NCBI GenBank assembly: GCA_045568115.1
Contig: JBJLBO010000001.1
Coordinates: 82,213-146,212 of the forward strand
Source: Candidatus Thalassarchaeaceae archaeon
Lineage (GTDB): Archaea > Thermoplasmatota > Poseidoniia > Poseidoniales > Thalassarchaeaceae
DNA length: 64,000 nucleotides
Direction: 5' to 3'
The position numbers and the translations under genes are program-made. Position 1 is the stretch's first letter; every line of letters starts with the position of its first letter. Under the pieces are notes generated by a model. The model saw only the letters and a list, made by a program, of their open reading frames with translations. It ran no database searches and was not told the DNA's origin. Below are positions 42,901 through 50,975 of the stretch, piece by piece.

Positions 42901-43953
42901 GTCAATTTCGTAAGGTGAATATTGAATATTAGATACAGCAATGTCTGAAACGCTAATCAATACCTCAACATTGATTGAACCTGCTGTGTTTGTTGCTGTA
43001 ACAAGATAAGTAGTGAGAGATTGTACAATACTTGGCGTCCCCCTAATCGAACCATCTATCTGATGAAGAGTCAGTCCATCTGGCAAGGGAGGTTCAACAG
43101 ACCAAGACACTATCTCTCCACCACTGGTGAAAGGAATCTGCTGGAAGCTACTTCCTATCCTAAGTTCAAACCGATTCGCGTCATAACTCAGCCCCATGGG
43201 CGGGTCATGCAAAATAATAATTCGAATAATAACGCTTTCTTCACCAGCCTGATTGCTAGCAGTAATGGTATGGTTAGAATCGCCTAAGTGTGAAGGAGAA
43301 CCCTCAATCGATCCATCTTGCAGCAGAATTATTCCATGAGGTAGTGAAGGGGACACACTCCAACTTTCGACATTTCCTCCACCTACAGAAGGAGGTAGAA
43401 GAGAGCAATACTTGTCTAACACACAATCAATTATAATGGAAGAATATTCAATATTAGAGGGAGGGGGTGAAATGATTTCAATATCTATTGAGGTACTTAT
43501 TGAACCCATGAAATTTGAGGCAACAATTGTGTATTTGGTATTCTGGGAAGGCGCAGTAGGAACTCCGAAAATAACACCTGTTTCTCTATCTATAACAAGA
43601 CCATTGGGTAAATTTGGATTGATGAGCCACGTATCAGGGCCATCTCCGAGAAATGATGGAGTCAGGGCCTGCATTTCATTTGCAACTTGTAATGTGATAG
43701 ATTCTTCTCCATACGTCAAATCACTGGGTTTCGTCATTTGTCGACAAGAATCACCTGTGAATATCTCGTCTATGCGACAATCATCAGCAGTTATCGAGTC
43801 ATCTACACAATCCGAATGATTAGGTTGTACGACACAATCAACAATATCTGGAAGTTCTTCCTGTTGGTCAAAAAGACCCATGCAACCCGAACTTAGCATC
43901 AAAAATGTAAGGAGAATTGCACAGTTGGCCTTAGTGCTCATAGTTCCGACCAC
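39949..43953 (-). CDS. Giant (1334 aa) putative lipoprotein: 5 putative-Ig (He_PIG-like) domains followed by an HEXXH zinc-metallopeptidase domain, possibly M60/enhancin-like
   Basis: N-terminus AILLTFLMLSSGCMG is lipobox-like. Repeats LPNGLVIDRETGVIFGVPT..YTIVASN, LPHGIILLQDGSIEGSPS..ITASNQAG, LPDGLTLHQIDGSIRGTPS..VTATNTAG and others. Metal site MFHELGHNHQW with a downstream Glu (HLMED). Confidence 0.5.
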   Translation of the reverse strand: MVGTMSTKANCAILLTFLMLSSGCMGLFDQQEELPDIVDCVVQPNHSDCVDDSITADDCRIDEIFTGDSCRQMTKPSDLTYGEESITLQVANEMQALTPSFLGDGPDTWLINPNLPNGLVIDRETGVIFGVPTAPSQNTKYTIVASNFMGSISTSIDIEIISPPPSNIEYSSIIIDCVLDKYCSLLPPSVGGGNVESWSVSPSLPHGIILLQDGSIEGSPSHLGDSNHTITASNQAGEESVIIRIIILHDPPMGLSYDANRFELRIGSSFQQIPFTSGGEIVSWSVEPPLPDGLTLHQIDGSIRGTPSIVQSLTTYLVTATNTAGSINVEVLISVSDIAVSNIQYSPYEIDLEIDQSIGWIEPNYSGGTPDSWQIEPVLPSGFIFDVYNGTISGTAENIQDWSTHNIWANNTGGSTYTTVRFKITSAPPDLIYWEGNDFAFASNESIFIQVTNDGPDIESWSIEPPLPQGMLLLENGSISGTPAYRTDWTEYTITATNTGGSVALNIWIVVHDLRADQSDLLRGMTEADWGGWPSPILPIGEWAFPVAFESSGIPVVSAGHVGKGKMLGYGHESWVDSTDHPFSLRAVDWVCGENAEVGLAYGAGFDGFEDELRDAGHNVHFSITPADLGGIDCLLDEFWNGHDDSDNAALTEFMLAGGGLIMGGHAWYWSYSNSDVAHNYPGNKIAKTTGLFVSSDWGDNDVYFQNMPDEYSTISNAIAGVLADRVDGVDMDADNAATAYSALSHCTGIVTLDYTDFWSPLRHLVNQTGYTVIPYSTLWSSTGHELGEDSVADIILRLEEALMSGLPADELPVHPSHVEFPGEVPADATRVSEIVFINGTQSGLPSNFGYSGARSALRMSTGLYAPPGEIITISVTQQVSELGFDILIGAHTDGLWHKDVIKRHSKIYRTWSIDNTTTEVGNAFGGPIYASIPAGSDFGLFEITISGAVRAPMYTLGVTSDFEWLYSERDQPAPWAELVSDNFILTVPSDEIRNLNNPFQLMQWWDDALDMEHELYGFTPWPRVERAVFDAQISAGWMHSGYPFMAHDLSVADVVDYDHMSENGDWGMFHELGHNHQWMPSTLPGTTETGCNFASVHLMEDLVGVEGHSAVDPEQRATRMESYFDDGSNISNWSVWIALDTYILIKEEWGWDPITEALSVYYTLPSLQVPTNDTEEFNAWVMHLSNATGYNLAPYHSAWGFPLTQNTFDSLSHLPVWVDDPLRGEYFVYDAILRNLSSPDPSDATSTTISWETYDNGTNTTLTFYYGTTDMGNQTSGWDSSTSFGSTTVGNDSQIVSGLTCCGTNYYGRIQASNEENSVWFGPLNWTTDYLAD

Positions 43954-43992
43954 CTATGGTGGTCGAAATAAATATACTCCAAGTCATCAATA

Positions 43993-45274
43993 TTACAGAC
44001 TAGGGTATGCAGGCCCCTCTTCAAGACAATAATGAACAATTTGGAATTGTGACTTAAACTCTGCAACATCAGCACGCACACTTGCAGAATCCTCTTCTGC
44101 AATCAATGAACGGGCAAAGAAATGGGCAACATCTTGCATCTCATCTACACCCATACCAACTCTAGTCAACTCAGGCACACCAAGCCGCAAACCACTAGGT
44201 CCTGACATAGCCTTGGTGTCTCCTGGAAGCATATTCATGTTAGTAATAATTCCACAGTCCTCAAGAATTTGGGCTGCTCGCATTCCGGCACCTGAATCAG
44301 GACCTCCATGACGAGTTAGCACCTGATGACTTTCTGTGAAGCCACGTTCCTCGGCGAGTACATCAAATCCTTCTGCAGATAATGCTGTACCCAATGCCTT
44401 AGCATTCTCCACAATGTCACGAGCATAATCAACACCGTGGGCTTCAAACTCTGCTAGTGCAACAGCCTTTCCAGCCACATGATGAAGATGGTATGATGAA
44501 CAAGTCCCTGGGAATATCGAATTGTTTAGTTTCTTGTGGAAGGGCCTCGTCTTCCGAATCAGAAAGAACGAATCCACCCTGGGGTCCTGGGAAGGTTTTG
44601 TGGCTTGAACCAGTCATCACATCCGCACCCTCGTGTAGAGGGTCTTGGAATTGACCACCGGCAATTAGACCTAGAACATGCGCCCCGTCATACATAACTT
44701 TGGCACCTACCTCGTGAGCTGCATCAGATAGTTCTCGCAAGGGTGTAGGGAATAGGAATACCGATTGGCCAAAAAGAGCCAATTGAGGCTTGGTTTCTCT
44801 TATCAATTTACAGGCGGCATCAACATCAGGTTCCATTCGCTCTTCATCCCATGGATAAGTTACGAGATCAAGTCCTCGGAGCCCTACAGCACCCATTCGT
44901 GCGTGAGAAATATGTCCTCCATCTGCAGTTGAAACTGCTGTAATTGTGTCACCAGGTTTAACCAGTGCTTTCAGAGCACCAATATTTGATACGGTTCCCG
45001 ATGTTGACTGAATGTTAGCAAATCTGCAGTTGAATACACGCCTAGCAGATTCGATACCAATGCTCTCAATCGTATCAAAATCATCACAACCTTGGTAGTA
45101 GCGTTTCCCAGGCAGGCCTTCTGCATATCTGCCATGAAGGTCCGAATTAACAGCTTTCGCGACGAGAGGAGATAGTATGTTTTCGCTGGCTATCATTGGT
45201 AAAGAATCTCGATAGTGGCGGCCCGAAGCCTCGACCGCTTCTTGAACTGCAGTAGCTTGTTCATGAGGATTCAT
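43993..45274 (-). pseudogene. glyA: Serine hydroxymethyltransferase split into two overlapping ORFs (44444..45274 and 43993..44577) by a single-nucleotide frameshift near 44538-44545
   Basis: The upstream ORF carries the SHMT N-terminus through SSHKTFPGPQGGFVLSDSEDEAL. The other frame continues PFHKKLNNSIFPGTCSSYHLHHVAGKAVAL (= [28 protein letters not shown]). The switch falls in a GGAAGGG run (plus strand). Confidence 0.85.
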
Positions 45275-45341
45275 ACCCTCTGCTTGAGCATTAGGTCAAA
45301 GAGGATGTTGGTTCAACCTTCAGGGAAATTACAGAGTCAAT

Positions 45342-48164
45342 GTGGGTGAATTATTTCAATCCCGCCTCACTTCCTCGCCCATGAACGGTTCTGCGAAGCC
45401 CCTGACTCTACTAATTGCCTTACTTCTAGTGATGATTCCACCAACTGTTTTGGCGGATGATTCGGATGGGGATGGGGTAGACGATTCAAACGATGCTTTT
45501 CCCAATGACCCTTGTGCAGATACTGACACAGATGGTGATGGAATGCCTGATTCGATTAGTTGCCCCGGGTCTGGAGGAGTAGTATCATACACTTCTTTTG
45601 AAGACCCGTTTACAATCTCCAATGTGTATTATACAGACACTGGTGACCAGAGTGTGGACCGATATCTCTGGAATAATATCAACGAACCTCATGTCGCTCA
45701 TAACCAATCCACTGGCTCTGAAATGGGTTTCTCACTGTACTACGAGTCCACCGGTGGAGTGGGATTGACTGATGGCGACTACTTTGGAACGGTGAACTAC
45801 ACTGGAACGGTTGGGAATTTCAGTCAAGGAACACAAGGATACCAGATGAGTGATGTTGATGGAACTGCAACCTTGACTCTTGACGATGTTACAGCGGATT
45901 CAATGACTTTCGATGTTTATGTTCAAGGTACAGGTAGCGGTAGTAATCCCAATAGCTACGAGAACGCAGACAATCTAATCATCAGATTTGTAGGAGGTTC
46001 CTCGACACTTGAGCTGGTAAATGTAACCGGCGCTACTGGATCCAGCAATAACGGTGGTTTTGCTCCCTACATGGGAATTTGGACTAGCTTCACTTCGAAC
46101 ATTAGCTCGCTTGGCCAGGGTAATTTAGAATTTGAATTCACTTCTAATTCAGGCAGTGAATCAGTCTACATCGATAATGTTACTTTCTCAAGCAGTAGCG
46201 GGGGTGGAACTGGAAGTACTACTCTAACTGAGGATTTAGATGATGATGATGATGGATGGAGTGACTTAGATGAAGCTGCATGTAATACTAATTCTCTAGA
46301 TAATTCATCAACTCCAGTTGACACAGATACCGATGGAACATGCAATGCCCTCGATAATGATGATGACGGAGATGGAGTAGACGATTCTAGTGATTGCGCA
46401 CCTCTTGACTCAAGTGAGAGTTCGGACAATGATGGTGACGGAATCTGTGATGGTCAAGACACTGATGATGACAATGATGGCTCATCCGACTCAACTGAAA
46501 TTGCCTGTGGAAGTGACCCCATGGATGGAAGCAGTATTCCTATGGATACCGACAATGATGGGAATTGTGATGCCTTGGATGATGATGATGACGGAGATGG
46601 CACCATTGACGCTAACGATTGTGCACCCTTAGACGGAAGTAAGGCAATTGATACAGATAATGATGGAATTTGCGACGTTGATGATGATGATGACGATGGT
46701 GACTCGTGGACTGATCTAGAAGAAGCAGATTGTGGAACTGATCCGCTAGATGGAAACAGCATTCCAGCAGATTCTGACGGAGATGGAATTTGTGATGTAC
46801 TAGATCAGGATGATGATGGAGATGGATACATCAACTCACAGGATGCTTTTCCTTCTGACCCTACTGAATGGAATAACACAGATGCATCCTGTACAACTGA
46901 ATGTATTGCAGATGCAATCGGTGACAACCAAGATACTGATGACGATGGTGATGGAGTACTCGATACAATCGATGCATTCCCACGTGACTACACAGAATCT
47001 GCAGATACTGACGGTGATGGCATTGGAAACAATGCTGACACCGACGACGATGGAGATGGTGTAGAAGATACTATGGAAACTAATTGTGGTAGCGACCCTC
47101 GAGATGGAAGTAGTATTCCAGCAGATTATGATAATGATGGACTGTGTGATGTTCTAGATGATGATGATGATAACGACAACGTTCCCGATTTGGATGATGC
47201 TTTCCCTCTAGACAATACTGAAGATACCGATACTGACGATGATGATATTGGAAATAATGCTGACACTGACGATGATGGAGATGGCGTAGAAGATAGTGTC
47301 GATTGTGCGCCTCTAGATGCCAGCGATTGGGATGATACTGACAACGACCAAATTTGTGACGGCCAAGATGACGATGATGATGGTGACGGGGTAGACGACA
47401 GTGTCGATTGCGCACCTCTAGATGTCAGCGATTGGGATGATACTGACAACGACCAAATTTGTGACGGTCAAGATGACGATGATGATGGAGATGGTGTTTC
47501 AGATGTTAACGAAATTGCTTGTGCATCGGATCCAAAAGATAGTTCCTCATTACCATTAGACTCAGACACGGATGGAGAATGTGACTCAACTGACGAAGAC
47601 GATGATGGAGATGGTATAGAAGATAGTGTCGATTGTGCTCCTCAAGACTCAAATGATTGGCTTGATACTGACAACGATGATTTGTGTGATTCACAAGATA
47701 GCGATGACGATGGCGACTTGTGGCCTGATGATATAGAAACAAACTGCGGATCTGATACTCTTGATAGCAATTCTATTCCCGATGACTTGGATAATGATGG
47801 AATGTGTGATCTGCAAGATCCTGATGATGATGGAGATGGATTCGGAGATGCTGACGACGCATTTGAAAGAGATTCTACAGAATGGAGTGACTTCGACTCA
47901 GATGGCACAGGAGATAATGCAGATACAGATGATGATAACGATTCTTGGAGTGATTCAGATGAAGATTCCTGTGGGTCAAATTCACTGGATTCATCATCCA
48001 TCCCAGATGACATTGATGGTGATGGAATTTGTGATTCTTTAGATTCAGACAATACAGATGGACCTGATTATGTAGCCCCAGATGAGACTCCTGGATTTGG
48101 GGCTATTCTAGGCACTCTAGCAATATTGTCAGCTATGCTAGTAGCTAGAAGACGAATTGAATGA
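45342..48164 (+). CDS. Hyper-acidic secreted protein made of >25 thrombospondin type 3-like Ca-binding repeats, ending in a canonical PGF-CTERM sorting signal (archaeosortase target). The likely start is MNGSAKPLTLLIALLLV at about 45381
   Basis: Repeated DTDNDGICDVLDDDDDGDG / DxDxDGxxDxxDxCAP units throughout. C-terminus ETPGFGAILGTLAILSAMLVARRRIE. Confidence 0.7.
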   Translation: MGELFQSRLTSSPMNGSAKPLTLLIALLLVMIPPTVLADDSDGDGVDDSNDAFPNDPCADTDTDGDGMPDSISCPGSGGVVSYTSFEDPFTISNVYYTDTGDQSVDRYLWNNINEPHVAHNQSTGSEMGFSLYYESTGGVGLTDGDYFGTVNYTGTVGNFSQGTQGYQMSDVDGTATLTLDDVTADSMTFDVYVQGTGSGSNPNSYENADNLIIRFVGGSSTLELVNVTGATGSSNNGGFAPYMGIWTSFTSNISSLGQGNLEFEFTSNSGSESVYIDNVTFSSSSGGGTGSTTLTEDLDDDDDGWSDLDEAACNTNSLDNSSTPVDTDTDGTCNALDNDDDGDGVDDSSDCAPLDSSESSDNDGDGICDGQDTDDDNDGSSDSTEIACGSDPMDGSSIPMDTDNDGNCDALDDDDDGDGTIDANDCAPLDGSKAIDTDNDGICDVDDDDDDGDSWTDLEEADCGTDPLDGNSIPADSDGDGICDVLDQDDDGDGYINSQDAFPSDPTEWNNTDASCTTECIADAIGDNQDTDDDGDGVLDTIDAFPRDYTESADTDGDGIGNNADTDDDGDGVEDTMETNCGSDPRDGSSIPADYDNDGLCDVLDDDDDNDNVPDLDDAFPLDNTEDTDTDDDDIGNNADTDDDGDGVEDSVDCAPLDASDWDDTDNDQICDGQDDDDDGDGVDDSVDCAPLDVSDWDDTDNDQICDGQDDDDDGDGVSDVNEIACASDPKDSSSLPLDSDTDGECDSTDEDDDGDGIEDSVDCAPQDSNDWLDTDNDDLCDSQDSDDDGDLWPDDIETNCGSDTLDSNSIPDDLDNDGMCDLQDPDDDGDGFGDADDAFERDSTEWSDFDSDGTGDNADTDDDNDSWSDSDEDSCGSNSLDSSSIPDDIDGDGICDSLDSDNTDGPDYVAPDETPGFGAILGTLAILSAMLVARRRIE
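47292..47501 (+). repeat. Near-perfect 105-nt (35-aa) coding tandem duplication inside the TSP3-repeat gene; a more diverged third copy sits near 47616
   Basis: GATAGTGTCGATTGTGCGCCTCTAGATGCCAGCGATTGGGATGATACTGACAACGACCAAATTTGTGACGGCCAAGATGACGATGATGATGG... is repeated from 47397 with about 6 mismatches. Confidence 0.8.
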
Positions 48165-48240
48165 TGGCGCCGACAGCAGGACTCGAACCTGCGACCTGTG
48201 GATTAACAGTCCACCGCTCCACCAACTAAGCTATGTCGGC
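48165..48240 (-). tRNA. tRNA-Asn (anticodon GUU), encoded CCA; its 3' end abuts the stop codon of the convergent TSP3-repeat gene
   Basis: The reverse complement gives GCCGACATAGCTTAGTTGGTGGAGCGGTGGACTGTTAATCCACAGGTCGCAGGTTCGAGTCCTGCTGTCGGCGCCA. Anticodon loop CT-GTT-AA. Confidence 0.9.
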
Positions 48241-48287
48241 CCAGCCCTGCGCCGGTTCTCCCCTTCATGAACGAATCGGCTGTAATG

Positions 48288-48572
48288 TCAAGACTCAGAA
48301 TCGAGTAATCGCTGTTTGGCAGCAATTCCGCCCTCAGCACTGTATCCACCCAATGTGCCATCGCTACGAATTACTCTATGGCACGGTACATCAGGAGCAT
48401 CGGGGTTAGCAGCGCACGCATTTGCCACCGCTCTAGCTGAATTTGGATGACCAATTGCCTCGGCGATTTGCTTGTAGGTTCGAGTCTCTCCACGTGGAAT
48501 CAACGTAAGTTGTTCCCAAACCTTTAGTTGGAAAGCTGTACCTTCCATCTCGATGTAATCACTCCCACTCAA
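48288..48572 (-). CDS. ogt: Methylated-DNA--protein-cysteine methyltransferase (short, DNA-binding/active-site domain only)
   Basis: Active-site PCHRVI motif. HTH YKQIAEAIGHPNSARAVANAC. Confidence 0.8.
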   Translation of the reverse strand: MSGSDYIEMEGTAFQLKVWEQLTLIPRGETRTYKQIAEAIGHPNSARAVANACAANPDAPDVPCHRVIRSDGTLGGYSAEGGIAAKQRLLDSES

Positions 48573-49503
48573 TTGTGCCGGGTGGTTTGTGAGTTATGTC
48601 ATATACAACTCTGTTGACCTGCCCCTTCAAGGTATTGGAAATCTCAGTACTGATTCTCGTAAGAACATCATGAGGGATTGGGGAATATCTGGCACTCATG
48701 CCATCTAGACTGGCGACTGCTCGTACAACAATAGTCTCACCATGCACACGGGCATCTCCATGAACTCCGACTGATCTGACTGGCAATAAAGCAGCAAAAT
48801 ATTGCCACGGCAAGTCACATTCCCCCTCTGCTGCCGCCTCTTGAAGATGAGTTTCAACAATATGGCAGGCTTCACGGCAGGCTTCTACTCGTGGACGAGT
48901 TAAGTCGCCCAAAACACGTACGGCAAGACCAGGGCCAGGAAATGGCTGGCGTTCACTAGACTTGATATTCAATTCACGTGCGATTTCTCTGACTTCATCC
49001 TTGTAGAATTCGTGCAGTGGTTCGACAATAGTCAAGTCTACATCTTCAGGAAGGCCACCAACATTGTGATGACTCTTGATAACATCTCTTTCGCCACCTC
49101 CAGATTCAATCCAGTCTGGTGCGATAGTTCCCTGAACTAGGAATTTAGCTCCGCAATAAGACTGCTCTTCTTCGAAAACCCGAATGAATTGTTCACCGAT
49201 TACCATGCGCTTGGCCTCTGGCTCAGTTACACCCTCTAAATGAGTGAAGAAACGTTCTGAGGCATCAACTACTTTGAGTTCTATTCCCATTTCAGCGAAC
49301 ATTTCTCTTACTTCTTCTGTTTCACCCTTACGCATGAATCCAGTATCAACATAGACGCAGTGTAGCAGACTGCCGACAGCACGGTGAGCCAAGATTGCAG
49401 CAACCGTGCTGTCTATTCCTCCTGAACAAGCAATGATTGCAGTATCATCTATCTTAGACTGTAAGGCCTCTATAGCCTCATCAATGAGCATCTGGGTTTG
49501 CAT
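48559..49503 (-). CDS. guaA: GMP synthase (glutamine-hydrolysing) subunit B (ATP pyrophosphatase), archaeal split form
   Basis: PP-loop SGGIDSTV. C-terminal KPPGTIEWE. 14-nt overlap with ogt. Confidence 0.9.
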   Translation of the reverse strand: MQTQMLIDEAIEALQSKIDDTAIIACSGGIDSTVAAILAHRAVGSLLHCVYVDTGFMRKGETEEVREMFAEMGIELKVVDASERFFTHLEGVTEPEAKRMVIGEQFIRVFEEEQSYCGAKFLVQGTIAPDWIESGGGERDVIKSHHNVGGLPEDVDLTIVEPLHEFYKDEVREIARELNIKSSERQPFPGPGLAVRVLGDLTRPRVEACREACHIVETHLQEAAAEGECDLPWQYFAALLPVRSVGVHGDARVHGETIVVRAVASLDGMSARYSPIPHDVLTRISTEISNTLKGQVNRVVYDITHKPPGTIEWE

Positions 49504-49509
49504 TTGGCT

Positions 49510-50040
49510 TCATCCCTGTATTGATTCATCATCAGCGATAACTTTCGCAGTCATTTTGGCTCTGTATTCTGAATAAGCTGAAGCAAGGGTTGAATCATTA
49601 ACTGCCAAAATCTGCACAGCCAATGCTCCTGCATTGTCTCCCCGATCGACACCTACGGTAGCAACTGGCATTCCGGGTGGCATCTGAACTATCGAAAGTA
49701 GAGAATCAAGAGGGACCTTGCCACCAACTGGAACTCCTATTACAGGTAGATTAGTCATTGAGGCAATCACCCCTGGAAGTGCTGCTGCAACTCCGGCCAT
49801 CCCAATGAAAACTTTGCAGCCAGAAGACTCTGCCGACTCAACAATTCCTTCGAGATACTTCGGTGCTCGGTGAGCGGAAGCAACTCTGATTTCATAATCT
49901 ACATCGAATTGATCTAGTACAGAACGGCACTTCTCAGCAATGGGTAAGTCGGACTTCGAACCTAGAACAACACAGATGTCCATGCTTCGGCGGATTGCGG
50001 CCGGTACAAATGCCTGCCGTAGGCAGTAACTCAAAATCAC
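49510..50040 (-). CDS. purE: N5-carboxyaminoimidazole ribonucleotide mutase / AIR carboxylase catalytic subunit; the probable start is the internal MDICVVLGS at 49983
   Basis: [10 protein letters not shown] ... ASAHRAP ... [17 protein letters not shown] ... PVIGVP signature blocks. Confidence 0.85.
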   Translation of the reverse strand: MILSYCLRQAFVPAAIRRSMDICVVLGSKSDLPIAEKCRSVLDQFDVDYEIRVASAHRAPKYLEGIVESAESSGCKVFIGMAGVAAALPGVIASMTNLPVIGVPVGGKVPLDSLLSIVQMPPGMPVATVGVDRGDNAGALAVQILAVNDSTLASAYSEYRAKMTAKVIADDESIQG

Positions 50041-50069
50041 ATAGCAATTTTAGACGCAAAAAAGGATAA

Positions 50070-50933
50070 TCACTCTTCCTCATCCATATCTAGAAAACGT
50101 GTCGGCCACATCTCTCCTGAGATTTTTACAGGGGGGTTTTCAATAATTGACGCAAATCTCTCGTCAGATACAATTTCTTCAGAGAAAAGGTCGTGAAGAG
50201 TACCACCCCTATGCTTCAAAGTGAAGGCGATGAATGAGTCCTTTCCTCTTGTAACTCCAACTAAGGTAGCGGCGTATCCGGGAAGGAGTAATTCCCAATG
50301 TGCAATTGGTCCATTTCGGAATGTTCTAGAATCTCTTTCCCAACCATCACCAAGGAAATCTTCCGAGATGTCTTTACGATTTATTGGAAGTAACCAACGG
50401 GCTGAATTATGGCCTACACATTCTGTGATATTGGAAATTGTTCTATACTGAGCAAATCCAAAAATAAGATAGGCCAACCAACCAACGAGAGGGTCAATTA
50501 AGACATGAAGGAAGAACACTACAGTACCCAATATAATCAGATGAAATTCAAATGGAAACGTATCAAAGAATCCAGAACGTGCACGATTAACTAAGCCGTC
50601 TCTAAGACGAGAAAATGGTACTATGAGTAACAACCAACTAATTAGAAATAGAACCAAGGCTACATTCTGATCATCAGGAGTTCGTCCAGGAAATGCAAGA
50701 GGAAATGACGAAGCGATAAGGAAAAATGGCGCCCAAGCCGTTGTGTAGAGAATCATTGGTCCGAGAGGAGAGAGGCGTTGACGAATCCAACCACGACCGC
50801 CTTTTCGATTAGTAGTAGAACTCCAAGAAGAGGGTGGTTCTACCTCTCCTTTGATGTAGTCAGGAGCGGAATCGTGATTAGGAAACCAGTGTGATTCACC
50901 ACACAACCATTCTGAATCGCGAGCCGCTTGCAC
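50070..50933 (-). CDS. Hypothetical membrane protein (about 4 TM)
   Basis: Hydrophobic helices (MILYTTAWAPFFLIASSF, VALVLFLISWLLLIVPF, LIILGTVVFFLHVLIDPLVGWLAYLIFGF). No motif recognised. Confidence 0.4.
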   Translation of the reverse strand: MQAARDSEWLCGESHWFPNHDSAPDYIKGEVEPPSSWSSTTNRKGGRGWIRQRLSPLGPMILYTTAWAPFFLIASSFPLAFPGRTPDDQNVALVLFLISWLLLIVPFSRLRDGLVNRARSGFFDTFPFEFHLIILGTVVFFLHVLIDPLVGWLAYLIFGFAQYRTISNITECVGHNSARWLLPINRKDISEDFLGDGWERDSRTFRNGPIAHWELLLPGYAATLVGVTRGKDSFIAFTLKHRGGTLHDLFSEEIVSDERFASIIENPPVKISGEMWPTRFLDMDEEE

Positions 50934-50975
50934 ATATTGTCGGTAAGCCTGCTCATATTTGGTTGGAAGTACTCA

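Noticed and set aside
46390-47449. His-rich and Ser-rich ORFs (80-111 aa) on both strands inside the TSP3-repeat gene (e.g. 47080..47415 -, 46390..46632 +)
   Set aside because: They are alternative-frame or antisense readings of the GAT/GAC-rich repeat DNA. They have extreme low-complexity composition and overlap completely with a strongly supported CDS.
45342-48164. Possible CRISPR-like array suggested by the regular short repeats
   Set aside because: The periodicity is 105 nt and in-frame within one ORF. The repeats encode DxDxDG Ca-binding units. No spacer/repeat architecture or cas genes are present.
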